Of a stretch of DNA of 64,000 nt, positions 9,751 through 20,861 are shown in pieces (position 1 is the first letter of the stretch; each line of letters starts with the position of its first letter). Location of the stretch: positions 3,520,001 through 3,584,000 of the forward strand of contig OY970067.1 of NCBI GenBank assembly GCA_963705305.1. The letters run 5' to 3'. Origin of the DNA: an uncultured Methylomirabilota bacterium (GTDB lineage: Bacteria > Methylomirabilota > Methylomirabilia > Methylomirabilales > 2-02-FULL-66-22). A program made the position numbers and the translations under genes. The notes beneath the pieces are model-generated. The model had not been told where the DNA came from, did no database searches, and was given only the letters and a program-made list of their open reading frames with translations.

Positions 9751-10699
9751 GCGCCCGAGCCGGCCCTCTGCGGCCGGAGGGTCTGGCCCGGTCCTCGGGC
9801 TCAAGGTGGATGTCTGCACCTACGAAGGCCTGCGGGCGGGCGTCCCGAACCTCCTGCGGCTCTTCGCGGCGCAGGGGGTCCGGGCCAGCTTCTTCGTGGC
9901 CCTGGGGCCGGATACCACCGGCCGGGCCGTCCTCCGCCTCCTGCGGCCCGGATTTCTGGCCAAGCTGAGGCGGACGCGGGCCGTCCGAACCTACGGGCTG
10001 CGCACGATCCTTTCCGGGACGCTCCTCCCGCCGCGCCACCCCACGCCCCGCCTGGTGCCGGTCCTGCGGTCGATCCTGGAATCGGGCCACGAGCTGGCCG
10101 TCCACGGGTACAATCACCAGCACTGGCAAGACCGGCTGGGGCGCATGGAGGAGAAGGCCGTCCGCGAAGAGGTCGGCCGGGCCGCGGCGGTCTACCACGA
10201 GGTGGCCGGGGGAGCGCCGCGGGGATTCGGCGCGCCGGGCTGGCAAGTGACGCCCGCCAGCCTGCGCATCGTGGAGGAGGCGGGGTTCGTCTACGCCAGC
10301 GATGCCCGCGGCCGGCGGCCCTTCTTCCCGCAGGTGGGGGGGGTCAGGCTGCGGACGCTCCAGCTCCCCACGACCTTTCCCACCCTGGATGAAGTCCTGG
10401 GGCGAGAGGGGAGGACGGCGGAGGACTTCGAGAGGCTGGTAGTGGGGGAGGTAGCGCGGCTGCGGGGAGGCGTCCTGACCCTCCACGCCGAGATGGAGGG
10501 GATCAACTACCTTGCGACGGCCGACCGCCTGCTATCGGCGCTTCGTGCAGGGGGCGTCGGCTGTGTTCCCCTGGCGGCGCTGGCGGACGGAGTCGTCGCC
10601 GGAGGCGCGGAAAAGGTCCCCACAGCCGAAATTGTCCTCCGTCCCATCGCCGGGCGCGCCGGGACGGTGGCCATGCCCGCCGGCCTGGAGGTCCCGTAG
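9740..10699 (+). CDS. arnD: Polysaccharide deacetylase family, ArnD-like deformylase
   Basis: LKVDVCT, ASFFVALGPD, HGYNH..WQD, PGWQ, PTLDE, LHAEMEG. Confidence 0.8.
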   Translation: MAAERPSRPSAAGGSGPVLGLKVDVCTYEGLRAGVPNLLRLFAAQGVRASFFVALGPDTTGRAVLRLLRPGFLAKLRRTRAVRTYGLRTILSGTLLPPRHPTPRLVPVLRSILESGHELAVHGYNHQHWQDRLGRMEEKAVREEVGRAAAVYHEVAGGAPRGFGAPGWQVTPASLRIVEEAGFVYASDARGRRPFFPQVGGVRLRTLQLPTTFPTLDEVLGREGRTAEDFERLVVGEVARLRGGVLTLHAEMEGINYLATADRLLSALRAGGVGCVPLAALADGVVAGGAEKVPTAEIVLRPIAGRAGTVAMPAGLEVP

Positions 10700-10782
10700 C
10701 CTTCAGTTGCCGCAGATTCCAAAACTGGAAGGTTCTTCTTGGCGAGCTTGGCGATCTTTGCGTGAGATCAGCCCAAAAAAGC

Positions 10783-10830
10783 GCGTCCCGACGACCGGGC
10801 ACGCTCGGCAGCGGCCGGCCGTCGGGACGC
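10783..10830. terminator. GC-rich hairpin between convergent genes
   Basis: gcgtcccgacg...cgtcgggacgc inverted repeat. Confidence 0.5.
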
Positions 10831-10855
10831 ATGTCTCGGGTGGGTGAATCGGAAA

Positions 10856-11956
<1,101 letters not shown>

Positions 11957-12158
11957 GGTGTCCCATGCCTCCTTCGCCCAGCGTGCTACCGCGGGGCAGG
12001 ATGGAAAGTGTCGACCACCGCAACGCGCAGGGTCAAAGCCTCTGCGGCCCGGCGGGTGGTCTCCGCAAGGCGTCCGGGACGCCACGTACGTAAGAGTGGC
12101 GCCATTCTATTGAAGGACAACTGTGAAAGGCAAGCGAAAACTCCGGTCGGCGCACCGC

Positions 12159-13678
12159 CCCTAATCTCCGGCTAAGAAGTTGAGGGGGATCGCGAATCAC
12201 GCAGCGGCCCGCAGTGCGCGCGGCCCGCGGGGTTGGCATCGGCCTTGCTTGGTTTCACCCAGTGGGTGCAAACACCACAAGGAGGAGAGCGATGCCCGAC
12301 ACCTCGCCCCGGTTGCCGTTCGAGATCGATGACGCGATCGACCCCACGCTGGTCACGGGCCGGGCCGGGGTCCCGCTCGTGATCGAGCTGTTCCGCCAGC
12401 TCGGGGTGGCCCAGGCCGTCGACACCCACGTTGCGGTCAAGCAGCGGCAGCGCGGATTACCCCCCTCGCAGCTCGTGGAGAGTCTCGTCGCGTTGTGGAC
12501 GAGCGGCGGGGACCGCTGCCAGGACCTCACGACGCTCCGGGAGGATCAGGCCCTGGCCACGCTGCTCGGCTACCCCCTGCCGGCCGCGACCACGGTCCGG
12601 GACTTCCTCGAGGCCTTCCACGTGGAGGACGGGCCGCTCTGGGTGGCCGGGCCCGCGGCCACGGTCCCCCTGGAGTCCGCCCCCTTGGCGGGCCTCGGAC
12701 AGGCGAACCGGACGCTGGTCGCGGGCGTCCAGCGCGGGGCCCGGGCGGCGACGGCCACCCTGGATGTGGACGCGACGCTCGTCGAGAGCCACAAGGACGC
12801 GGCGACCGTGGCCTACGACGGGACCCGGGGCTACCAGCCCGTCGTGGTCCTCTGGGCCGAGCACGATGTCATCGTGCACGACCAGTTCCGCGATGGCCAG
12901 GTGCCCGCCGGGTGCGGCAACGTGCGCGTCCTCGAACAGGCGGTGGCCAACTTGCCCCAGGGCGTGGACCGCATCTCCCTGCGGGCCGACAGCGCCCTCT
13001 ACGAGACGGAGGTCCTCCGCTGGTGCGAGGAGAAGAAAATCGCCTACGCGATTAGCGCCGATATGTCCGCGCAGCTCCAGGCCGAGATCCGGCGCCTCCC
13101 CGCGGCCGCCTGGCAGCTCGAGCGGGAGGAGCCCGAGGCGATCCGGGCCTGGGCCGAAGTCCCCTACGTCCCCGAGGATGGCGATCACCGGAAGGCGCGG
13201 CCGTGCGTTCGCCGCTACCTCGCGGTGCGTATCCAGCGACGCCAGGGGAGCCTCTTCGCCGACGGGAGTAGCGTGCAGTACTTCGCCGTGGTCACCAATC
13301 GGCCGGAGGATGGGCTCACGATCCTCCGGTGGCACCGGGAGAAAGCAGGGACCATCGAGCACACCCATCACGTCCTCAAGACCGAGCTGGCGGCCGCCGC
13401 GCTGCCCAGTGGGAAGTTCGGGGCGAACGCCGCCTGGTTCCGGCTGAACGTGCTCACCTACAACCTGCTCACCGCGCTCAAGCGGTTGACCTTACCCGGA
13501 GATCTCCGGACCGCCCGGCCGAAGCGTCTCCGGTTCCTGCTGTTCAACACCGTCGGGAAGGTCGTCGCGCATGCCCGACGGACGCTCTTGCGGCTCTCGG
13601 GCGCCCTGCAGCACGCCTTGCTCGTCCGGGCGCGGCGCAAGATCGCCCGGCTGGCCACCGCTTAGCCGGAGATTAGGG
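12159..13678 (+). mobile_element. IS1380-family insertion sequence, copy 1 (1520 bp)
   Basis: 18-bp terminal IRs CCCTAATCTCCGGCTAAG / CTTAGCCGGAGATTAGGG; flanking direct repeat CACCGC; second copy at 55870-57389. Confidence 0.92.
12292..13665 (+). CDS. IS1380-family DDE transposase
   Basis: LDVDAT, LRADSA, GTIE...K, PSGKFGANAAW, LTYNL; AAGGAGGAG SD. Confidence 0.9.
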   Translation: MPDTSPRLPFEIDDAIDPTLVTGRAGVPLVIELFRQLGVAQAVDTHVAVKQRQRGLPPSQLVESLVALWTSGGDRCQDLTTLREDQALATLLGYPLPAATTVRDFLEAFHVEDGPLWVAGPAATVPLESAPLAGLGQANRTLVAGVQRGARAATATLDVDATLVESHKDAATVAYDGTRGYQPVVVLWAEHDVIVHDQFRDGQVPAGCGNVRVLEQAVANLPQGVDRISLRADSALYETEVLRWCEEKKIAYAISADMSAQLQAEIRRLPAAAWQLEREEPEAIRAWAEVPYVPEDGDHRKARPCVRRYLAVRIQRRQGSLFADGSSVQYFAVVTNRPEDGLTILRWHREKAGTIEHTHHVLKTELAAAALPSGKFGANAAWFRLNVLTYNLLTALKRLTLPGDLRTARPKRLRFLLFNTVGKVVAHARRTLLRLSGALQHALLVRARRKIARLATA

Positions 13679-13692
13679 CACCGCGGTTCTAC

Positions 13693-13721
13693 TTGACCGC
13701 TTGGCCTCGCTGGTCCAAAAT
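13693..13721 (+). promoter_or_regulatory. Putative sigma70 promoter of gltX
   Basis: TTGACC-17 bp-CAAAAT. Confidence 0.5.
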
Positions 13722-13783
13722 GGGCAATCGCCCGGGGGGGACAAGAGCTTCGCGGCATCCCCCGAAAAGTCCAGGAGTCCGAT

Positions 13784-15241
13784 ATGCCTGCGTCCTCGCA
13801 TGGCGGCATCCGGGTCCGCTTCGCGCCCAGCCCCACCGGCTTCCTGCACGTGGGGGGAGTGCGGACGGCGCTCTACAACTGGCTGTTCGCTCGGTCACAG
13901 CAAGGGGTCTTCGTCCTCCGGATCGAGGATACGGACGTGGAGCGGTCCACGGAGGAGGCGGTCCGTGCCATCCTGGACGGCCTACGGTGGCTGAGCCTCG
14001 ACTGGGACGAGGGGCCGGATGTGGGCGGCCCGGTCGGACCGTACCGGCAGTTGGAGCGGGACCACCTGTACCGGGAACATGTACGCCGGCTGGTCGGCGA
14101 GGGGAAAGCCTATCCCTGCACCTGCGCCGCGGAGGAGCTGGCGCGCCGGCGCGACGCGGCGCGGGCGGCCAAGCAGTCGCTGCGCCACCTCTGCCCCTGC
14201 CGCGAGCGGGGCCCGGAGGCCGGCCGGCGCCCGGCCATCCGCTTTCACGTGGCGGAGCAGGGAAAGGTGGGCTGGGACGACCTGATCCAGGGCCGGATCG
14301 AGGTGGCGGCGGAAGAGATCGACGATTTCATCATCCTGCGGTCGGACGAGCGCGAGACCCCCGTCTATAACTTCGCGGCGGTTGTGGACGATGCCCTGAT
14401 GGGCATCACCCACGTGGTACGGGGGGCCGACCACATCCCCAACACGCCGCGGCAGATCCTGCTCTACCGGGCGCTGGGGTACCCGCTGCCGGCCTTCGGC
14501 CACATCCCGCTGGTCCTGGGAACGGATCGGGAGAAGCTGAGCAAGCGCCACGGCGACGTGGCCCTGCACGAGTACCAGGCCAAGGGGTATCTTCCGGAGG
14601 CGGTGGTGAACTATCTGGTCCGGCTGGGCTGGGCCCACGGGGACCAGGAGGTATTCACCCGCGAGGAGCTGCTGCAGGCATTCCGGCTGGACCGGGTCAA
14701 CAGCTCGCCCGGGATCTTCGATCGGGTCAAGCTGGACTGGCTGAACGGCCTCTACATTCGCCAGACGCCGCCGGAGCGGCTGGCGGATCTGCTGGTCCCC
14801 TTCTGGGAACCGGCGGGGGTGCCGCCGCAGGCGGTGGAGTCCCGCGGCCGGGCCTGGCTCTTGTCGGCCCTGCCCCTGTTCGTCGAGCGCGCCAAGACGC
14901 TCTGCGAGCTGGCCGCCTCTATGCGGTTCCTGTTCGCGCCGCCGGCCGCGCGCGACCCCAAGGCGGAGGCCAAGTTCCTCACCCCCAGGCACATCGCGAA
15001 CCTGCGGGAGATCTGCGATCTGGTGCGGGAGATTCCAAGCATCACCGACGAGGCGCTGGAGGCCGGCGTCCGGGACCTGGCCGAGAAAGCCGGCGGCAAG
15101 CTGATCGATTACGCCCAGCCCGTCCGCGTGGCCATCACGGGCACCGCGGCTAGCCCGCCGATCTTTCCCGTGCTGGTGCTCCTGGGGCGGGAGGAAGTCC
15201 TGGAGCGGCTGTCCCGGACCTGCGGCCAAACTGACCGCTGA
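13784..15241 (+). CDS. gltX: Glutamate--tRNA ligase
   Basis: RFAPSPTGFLHVGG (HIGH), LRIEDTD, ITHVVRGADH, KLSKR (KMSKS), anticodon-binding domain. Confidence 0.97.
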   Translation: MPASSHGGIRVRFAPSPTGFLHVGGVRTALYNWLFARSQQGVFVLRIEDTDVERSTEEAVRAILDGLRWLSLDWDEGPDVGGPVGPYRQLERDHLYREHVRRLVGEGKAYPCTCAAEELARRRDAARAAKQSLRHLCPCRERGPEAGRRPAIRFHVAEQGKVGWDDLIQGRIEVAAEEIDDFIILRSDERETPVYNFAAVVDDALMGITHVVRGADHIPNTPRQILLYRALGYPLPAFGHIPLVLGTDREKLSKRHGDVALHEYQAKGYLPEAVVNYLVRLGWAHGDQEVFTREELLQAFRLDRVNSSPGIFDRVKLDWLNGLYIRQTPPERLADLLVPFWEPAGVPPQAVESRGRAWLLSALPLFVERAKTLCELAASMRFLFAPPAARDPKAEAKFLTPRHIANLREICDLVREIPSITDEALEAGVRDLAEKAGGKLIDYAQPVRVAITGTAASPPIFPVLVLLGREEVLERLSRTCGQTDR

Positions 15242-15268
15242 CTGCTGAACCCAAGTGGAGGTGAGGGA

Positions 15269-15769
15269 GTGGCAATGAACAGCATCGTGGATCGGTTAAA
15301 GGAGACCCTGGCCGCGCTGGAGCGGGAGCTCCGGATCGAGATTCCGGAGCGCATCCGTCTGGCGCGGGAGCTGGGAGACCTGCGGGAGAACGGGGAGTAC
15401 GAGGTCGCCAAGGACCGCCAGGGGTTTCTCCACGCGCAGGTCAGCCACCTGCAACAGCGCATCGCCGAGCTGTCCAGCATTGACCTGTCCCAGGTGCCGC
15501 GGGATCGGGCCGCCCTCGGCTCGACCGTCCACCTGGTGGACGAGGAGAGCGGCGAAGAGCGGATCTTTCGCCTGGTGGCGTCGGAAGAGGTGGATACGAG
15601 CCGGGGCTGGATCTCCCCGGCGTCGCCGGTGGGCCGGGCACTGGTCGGCCGGCGCCTGGGGGATATCACCACCATCACGGCGCCCAACAGCGTGCGGCGC
15701 TACGAGGTGACCCGCGTGATCACGCTGCACGACGAGCTGGCAGAGGAGACCGGAGGATCGAATGACTAG
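15269..15769 (+). CDS. greA: Transcription elongation factor GreA/GreB
   Basis: ARELGDLRENGEY, ISPASPVGRALVG. Confidence 0.9.
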   Translation: MAMNSIVDRLKETLAALERELRIEIPERIRLARELGDLRENGEYEVAKDRQGFLHAQVSHLQQRIAELSSIDLSQVPRDRAALGSTVHLVDEESGEERIFRLVASEEVDTSRGWISPASPVGRALVGRRLGDITTITAPNSVRRYEVTRVITLHDELAEETGGSND

Positions 15770-16328
15770 AGAGGAGACCTGGCAGGTGCTCACGGAGTAC
15801 ACCCAGAACGAAAGCCTGCTCAAGCACGCCCTGGCGGTGGAGGCCGCCATGCGCGCCTATGCGGCAAAGCTGGGGGGCGACCCGGACGAGTGGGGGATCG
15901 TGGGCCTCATCCACGACTTCGACTACGAGCGGTATCCCAGCGCCGAGGCGGGCCACCCGTTCAAGGGGGCGGAGGAGCTCCGCCGCCGCGGGTATCCGGA
16001 GCACGTGGTCCAGGCCGTCCTCTCCCATGCCGATTACTCGGGGGTCCCCCGGGAAACGCCCATGGAGAAGGCGTTGTTTGCCTGCGACGAGCTGTGCGGC
16101 TTCATCACGGCGGCGGCCCTGGTCCGGCCCACCAAGAGCGTGCTGGACCTGGAGGCGTCGTCCGTCCGCAAACGGATGAAGGACAAGGCCTTTGCGCGGC
16201 AGGTGAAGCGGGAAGACATCATCCACGGCGCGGAGATCCTGGGGGTGGACCTGAACGACCACATTACGTTCGTCATCCAGGCCATGCGGGGGGTGGCCGA
16301 CGAGCTGGGCTTGCGCGGCACGCTGTAA
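15762..16328 (+). CDS. HD-domain (HDIG-like) metal-dependent phosphohydrolase
   Basis: KHALAVE, LIHDFDYE, H, SH, ACDELCG, KDKAFAR. Confidence 0.88.
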   Translation: MTREETWQVLTEYTQNESLLKHALAVEAAMRAYAAKLGGDPDEWGIVGLIHDFDYERYPSAEAGHPFKGAEELRRRGYPEHVVQAVLSHADYSGVPRETPMEKALFACDELCGFITAAALVRPTKSVLDLEASSVRKRMKDKAFARQVKREDIIHGAEILGVDLNDHITFVIQAMRGVADELGLRGTL

Positions 16329-16338
16329 AGGCTTTTCA

Positions 16339-16500
16339 TTTCGAATTTCGAACTTCGAATTTCGAAATTGAAGAGGCTTGTCTTGGTGACCTTGGCGTGA
16401 GATCCGACTCGGAGTTCTCCTCACGCAAAGGCGCAAAGGTCGCAACGGAGAGCAGTCCCGGCTGGAGGCTGACCCCTGACGCCGGATTCCTGACCCCTGG
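16339..16500. repeat. Cluster of short intergenic repeats/palindromes
   Basis: tttcgaatttcgaacttcgaatttcgaaa (4x TTCGAA, palindromic); cttggtgaccttggcgtgaga; cgcaaaggcgcaaagg; ctgacccctg x2. Confidence 0.6.
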
Positions 16501-16527
16501 ACAGCGCCTCGGGGGCGCTGTTTGCCC

Positions 16528-16556
16528 TTGACAAACAAGGGGGGATGACGGATACT
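16528..16556 (+). promoter_or_regulatory. Putative sigma70 promoter of the tRNA pair
   Basis: TTGACA-17 bp-GATACT. Confidence 0.6.
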
Positions 16557-16652
16557 CCGCCTCGTCCAAAGGCGCGTCCTTTGGATTTTTCCATTTTGAT
16601 CTCTCCGGGCGAGCAAGCGCCCGTGCGGTGGCTGCCGACCCTTGTGGTTCAT

Positions 16653-16726
16653 TGCGGGGTCGTCCAATGGTAGGACGGCAGACTCTGGATCTGCTTATTG
16701 GGGTTCGAATCCCTGCCCCGCAGCCA
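16653..16726 (+). tRNA. tRNA-Gln(CTG)
   Basis: Acceptor TGCGGGG/CCCCGCA, anticodon arm GCAGA-CTCTGGA-TCTGC, GGTTCGAATCC, encoded CCA. Confidence 0.97.
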
Positions 16727-16750
16727 ACAATCGAAAAATAGTTAGCGCTC

Positions 16751-16828
16751 GGCCCTATCGTCTAGCCCGGCCTAGGACGCGGCCCTCTCAAGGCTGAAAC
16801 TCGGGTTCGAATCCCGATAGGGCCACCA
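16751..16828 (+). tRNA. tRNA-Glu(CTC)
   Basis: Acceptor GGCCCTA/TAGGGCC, anticodon arm CGGCC-CTCTCAA-GGCTG, GGTTCGAATCC, encoded CCA. Confidence 0.97.
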
Positions 16829-16833
16829 AAAAG

Positions 16834-16866
16834 AAGCGCCCGGAATCCTAAGGATTTCGGGCGCTT
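16834..16866 (+). terminator. Hairpin after tRNA-Glu (terminator and/or att-associated); related copy at 53607-53639
   Basis: AAGCGCCCGGAATCC-TAA-GGATTTCGGGCGCTT. Confidence 0.7.
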
Positions 16867-17129
16867 TGCCTCTCTGGCGCGCTGCCACCCCAACGGACAG
16901 GATCCTTGTAGAGTGTGCCCCAATCGTAGTGGGAAACGTTCCAGTCTTGGTCGTCTTCGTTTGCGAGCCGACTTGTCAGTTCCACCATTGATAGAAAGGC
17001 GACATAAGCGCCAACATCCCCCACTGCCAGGTGGAGCGCCTCCCTTGGGGATCCACCCCGCCGTTGTCTACCAGGCGGCCCGCCGTGGGGCGGCGTCCGC
17101 GCGCGAGTGGGGCCGCCTTCTGGGCTGGG

Positions 17130-17260
17130 CGCTCAAGACGACGTAGCTTGCAGCGTCCCCTGCTTCATGGCCCGGATCGCGGCCGGCATCCGGATCGTCG
17201 CCCAGTAGGAACCGGAGGCAGGGCGGGGGAAGCATCCGCTGGTACACGGCTTCAATCCCG
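17130..17260 (-). pseudogene. Possible degraded response-regulator receiver fragment
   Basis: Frame-broken CFPALP...AAIRAMKQG...YVV resembles receiver-domain C-terminus. Confidence 0.25.
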
Positions 17261-17434
17261 TGCGGCAGGGTAGGGACGCCAGAGAGGCTGACGGCGAACT
17301 GCCCGTCGTGGGCGTAGGCGAGGCGAATCCGGGCGGATTTCCTGAAGTCTCAGGGCAACGGGAGCGCTGCGCGACCATTGCCGTCGTACGTTTCATCGCT
17401 CTCGCGGCCGCGGCTTTGCGACGACGGATCTATA

Positions 17435-19357
17435 TTAGAGCCTCATTCCGATTAGTCGCGGCAATGCCAAGGTCACCTCGGGTAGGTAGGCAACCAACAA
17501 GAGGCCGATCAGCAGCACCAGTAGGTAGTACACCATTGGCCGAGTTGCCTTCTCCACAGTCGTTTCTGCAATGGCGGCGGCAAAGTAGATGCCGAGACCC
17601 GTCGGAGGGGAAAAGAGGCCGATCCCCATTGCAATAATCATCACGATCCCGAACTGCAAGGGGTTGATTCCAAATTGTGGCACGATCGGCAGCAGAATCG
17701 GCGCAAAAATGAGGATGACGGGAAGTCCTTCCAGCACGGATCCCATGACAACTAGCAAGACAAGGCACGCCAGGGTGAACAGCCAAGGCTGGCCGCGTAG
17801 CATGTCTAAGGAGCCCGCCAATCGCTGGGGCACTCGCGCATAGGTGAGCACCCAAGAGAAGGCGCCAGCTGCGCTAACGATGAACAGCACGTTACCCGTC
17901 ATACTGCACGCGTCGCCCAGCACCCTCCAAAACGTCTTGAGATCCAGGGAATGATAGAACGCGACCGCCATTAAGACGCCATAGACTACGGCAAACGTCG
18001 AGACCTCGGTGGGCGTAGAGACTCCGGTCAATATGCCGACCACGAGGATAACCGGCATCGCAAAGGCGGGGATGGACAGAATGCCTTTCCATCCGATTTC
18101 CCGAAAGGGCACCGCGGCGCTTCCTCTCAGGCCAAGTTTCCCGGCTCGGAAGTAGACGGCCACCATTAAGCACAAGGCAATCAGCGCGGCGGGAAACAGC
18201 CCAGCGATGAAAAGCGTGGCAACCGAGAGTGTGGAAACAGAGGCGAGCACCAGCATTGGGATGCTGGGCGGCACGGTCTCTCCCATCGCCGCGGAAGCCG
18301 AGAGAACGGCCGCGGTCTCCCCCGGCGGGTATCCCTGCCGCTTCAGCATGTCGCTTAGCGTCGTGCCAACTGCCACCATGTCTGCCACCTTCGATCCCGA
18401 GATGCCGGAGAAGATATACATCCCGACGACGATCACCTGAAATAGGCCGCCGCGGAACCGGCCGATTACGCTGACAATAAAATCCGACATAGGCTGCGCG
18501 AGCCCTCCCTCCGTCATCACCATGCCGGCAAGCACGAAGAAAGGCACCGCGAGCAATACGAAGGCGGACGCCCCGTGATGCATGTGGAGTGGCACCATGG
18601 AAAGCATTCCCGCCTTCAACTGTTGCACGTACAGTATGCTCGCTGCGGCGAACACAAACCCGATGGGCGCCGACATCGCGAGCAAGGCCGCAAAGGCCAC
18701 GAGCGTGGCGTAGAGACTCAGGGGCGGCGAGGCAGAGATCTTGATGAAGGCAACCGCCGCCAAGGACACCAGCGGCAGGGTCGCCAGCATCACTCGGGAT
18801 CGATGGGTAAACAGCCGCCCGGCGGCAAAGACGGTCATCAGTAGCATGCCGATCGGCAGGGGCGCTCGGAGCCACGCCACTGGCACGCCCAGGATTTCCG
18901 TCAACTCTTGACCGTGCAACATCTGCAAGGAATTCTGCGTGAGAAGCAGTGCTGTCCCGAAGACAATGGCGTCGACAGCGCTCGCAACATACGGGCGAGC
19001 TTCTCCGGGCAATATGTCTACCATCGCTCGAACGCGCATATGGGCATTCTGCTTGTAGGCGAGCGCGCCTCCAACGAATGTCAGGAATACCAGGGCAAAC
19101 TCCGAGACCTCCAAGGCCCAGTCGAGGTTGACCCCGAAACCAAACCTCAAGACGATGTTGCCAAAGACGACCGCCAATTCCGCAAGCAGGACGAAGGCGA
19201 CGGATGCACGTATAATTTGCTCAAGCCATCTGCCCGCCTTCGTCCCGCCGGTCAGGACCTGGCCCATGATTCCAAGCGGTTGGTGATCCGAGGTCGTCGG
19301 GGCGGCTAGAATGATTTCGCCGCTAGGTGGCGCTGTCGCCCCCCCGTCATCCACCAT
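17435..19357 (-). CDS. TRAP transporter fused small/large permease (DctQM)
   Basis: N-terminal DctQ-like part, then LLAVPFFVLAG, FSGISGSKVAD, VPPSIPM, TPTE, FSPPTG. Confidence 0.9.
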   Translation of the reverse strand: MVDDGGATAPPSGEIILAAPTTSDHQPLGIMGQVLTGGTKAGRWLEQIIRASVAFVLLAELAVVFGNIVLRFGFGVNLDWALEVSEFALVFLTFVGGALAYKQNAHMRVRAMVDILPGEARPYVASAVDAIVFGTALLLTQNSLQMLHGQELTEILGVPVAWLRAPLPIGMLLMTVFAAGRLFTHRSRVMLATLPLVSLAAVAFIKISASPPLSLYATLVAFAALLAMSAPIGFVFAAASILYVQQLKAGMLSMVPLHMHHGASAFVLLAVPFFVLAGMVMTEGGLAQPMSDFIVSVIGRFRGGLFQVIVVGMYIFSGISGSKVADMVAVGTTLSDMLKRQGYPPGETAAVLSASAAMGETVPPSIPMLVLASVSTLSVATLFIAGLFPAALIALCLMVAVYFRAGKLGLRGSAAVPFREIGWKGILSIPAFAMPVILVVGILTGVSTPTEVSTFAVVYGVLMAVAFYHSLDLKTFWRVLGDACSMTGNVLFIVSAAGAFSWVLTYARVPQRLAGSLDMLRGQPWLFTLACLVLLVVMGSVLEGLPVILIFAPILLPIVPQFGINPLQFGIVMIIAMGIGLFSPPTGLGIYFAAAIAETTVEKATRPMVYYLLVLLIGLLLVAYLPEVTLALPRLIGMRL

Positions 19358-19709
19358 CGCCAGCTCCTATTGAAATTGAAGAAGTAATCGGACCTCAAAG
19401 GCATCGCTAGCCGCGCTGACCGGGCGACCCTGAGCGCACCGCGGATGCCCCCCGGCCGGGCCTGGCCCGGAAGCCACCGTTCTCTGGCGGCCGACCCGGA
19501 GCAAGGCCGGGCGGTTCCGGGTACCTGACCGTCAGGCCGGGTGCAGGGGCCAGAAGGGTTGTCCTGGCCAGCCGGGCAATTGGGCAGGACCGGGCGCCCC
19601 ATCATTTCTTGCCAATAGTTCGAAGTGGACTCAGCACCCCGGCTTCGCTGCGGAGGAGTGGAGCCTCCCCGCTTGCCATACAGAGACCGGCGCGCCGCTG
19701 CACAAATTG

Positions 19710-20729
19710 CTACTGGCCCGCGACGATTTTCGCGAGGTTGATGGACGCGAACCTTGCCCTGTAGCTGTCGATGACGGGCTCGACGGCCTTCACGAACTCA
19801 TCGCGTTTCGGGGAAAGTATCGTCATCCCGACTGCCTGCAATTTCTTCATCAGTTCAGCATCCCGTGCGATGACGTATTTCCTCTGAAAGTCGCGCGCCT
19901 CGATCGCGGCCTGCTGCACCCAGTTCTGCTGATCGGGAGTCAGCGTCTTCCAGCTTTTCTCTGATATGGCAATCGGAGCGCCATCGTACATGTGGTTGGT
20001 CAGCACGAGGAATTTTTGGACTTCATACAACTTCGCGGAGTCGATCAGCCCCAGGGCGTTTTCCTGGCCATCCACGACCCCAGCCTGCAGAGCAGTGAAC
20101 AACTCGGTGAAGGTGATAGGCGTAGCAATGGTGCCCAATGCCTTAAACGTATCCATGGACAGCTTGGTCTGGGGCACACGCATTTTCAGTCCCTTCAGGT
20201 CCGCCAGCGTTCTAATCGGCTTCTTAGCAGTCGTGATCTGGCGGAAGCCATTCTCGGCTACAGCCAAAATGCGGACCCCAATCTGCTCGCGCACGAGCCC
20301 CCACACCTGCTGACCCGTAGGCGAATCCAACGCCTTAAATGCCGTTTGCCGATCCCTATACAGGAATGGCAGGTCGAAGAGCGCGGTCTCTGGAACAAAC
20401 ACGTCGTAGTTGTTATTGCCCTGAATGCTCATATCGACGTTGCCCAGCCGCATTGCCTCGATTAGCTCGCGATCGTTGCCCAACTGTCCGCCCGGGAAAA
20501 CCTCGATCTTTACCTCCCCTTTGCTTTTGGCCGCAACCAACTCCGCCAGCTTATTGGCGGCCACGTCAAATGCATCACCCGGGGGAAGAGTGTGGCCCAT
20601 TTTCAGGACGATCTGGGTTTGTGCCGTCGCGGCGACCGTCGGAGCGACTCCAACCCCGCAGACAACAAGCATCAGCGTGACGGCCAGAACGACAACTGGG
20701 ATGCTCCGAACTAACGGTTTGCCTCTCAT
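19710..20729 (-). CDS. dctP: TRAP transporter substrate-binding protein
   Basis: Signal peptide, FPGGQLG, NGFRQIT, DLKGLKMRVP, ALQAGVVDGQEN. Confidence 0.93.
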   Translation of the reverse strand: MRGKPLVRSIPVVVLAVTLMLVVCGVGVAPTVAATAQTQIVLKMGHTLPPGDAFDVAANKLAELVAAKSKGEVKIEVFPGGQLGNDRELIEAMRLGNVDMSIQGNNNYDVFVPETALFDLPFLYRDRQTAFKALDSPTGQQVWGLVREQIGVRILAVAENGFRQITTAKKPIRTLADLKGLKMRVPQTKLSMDTFKALGTIATPITFTELFTALQAGVVDGQENALGLIDSAKLYEVQKFLVLTNHMYDGAPIAISEKSWKTLTPDQQNWVQQAAIEARDFQRKYVIARDAELMKKLQAVGMTILSPKRDEFVKAVEPVIDSYRARFASINLAKIVAGQ

Positions 20730-20861
20730 CGCATGCCCCTCCGTTCGTTATAGAGTTGGCGCCTCGGTGTGAGTTGAAGGCCGCGCAATACCGCTGCATC
20801 TCCTTGTCATGTCCGCACCCCCGCGCCGCTGCCGGCATGTGCTGGTGTAACGGCGCTGGTC

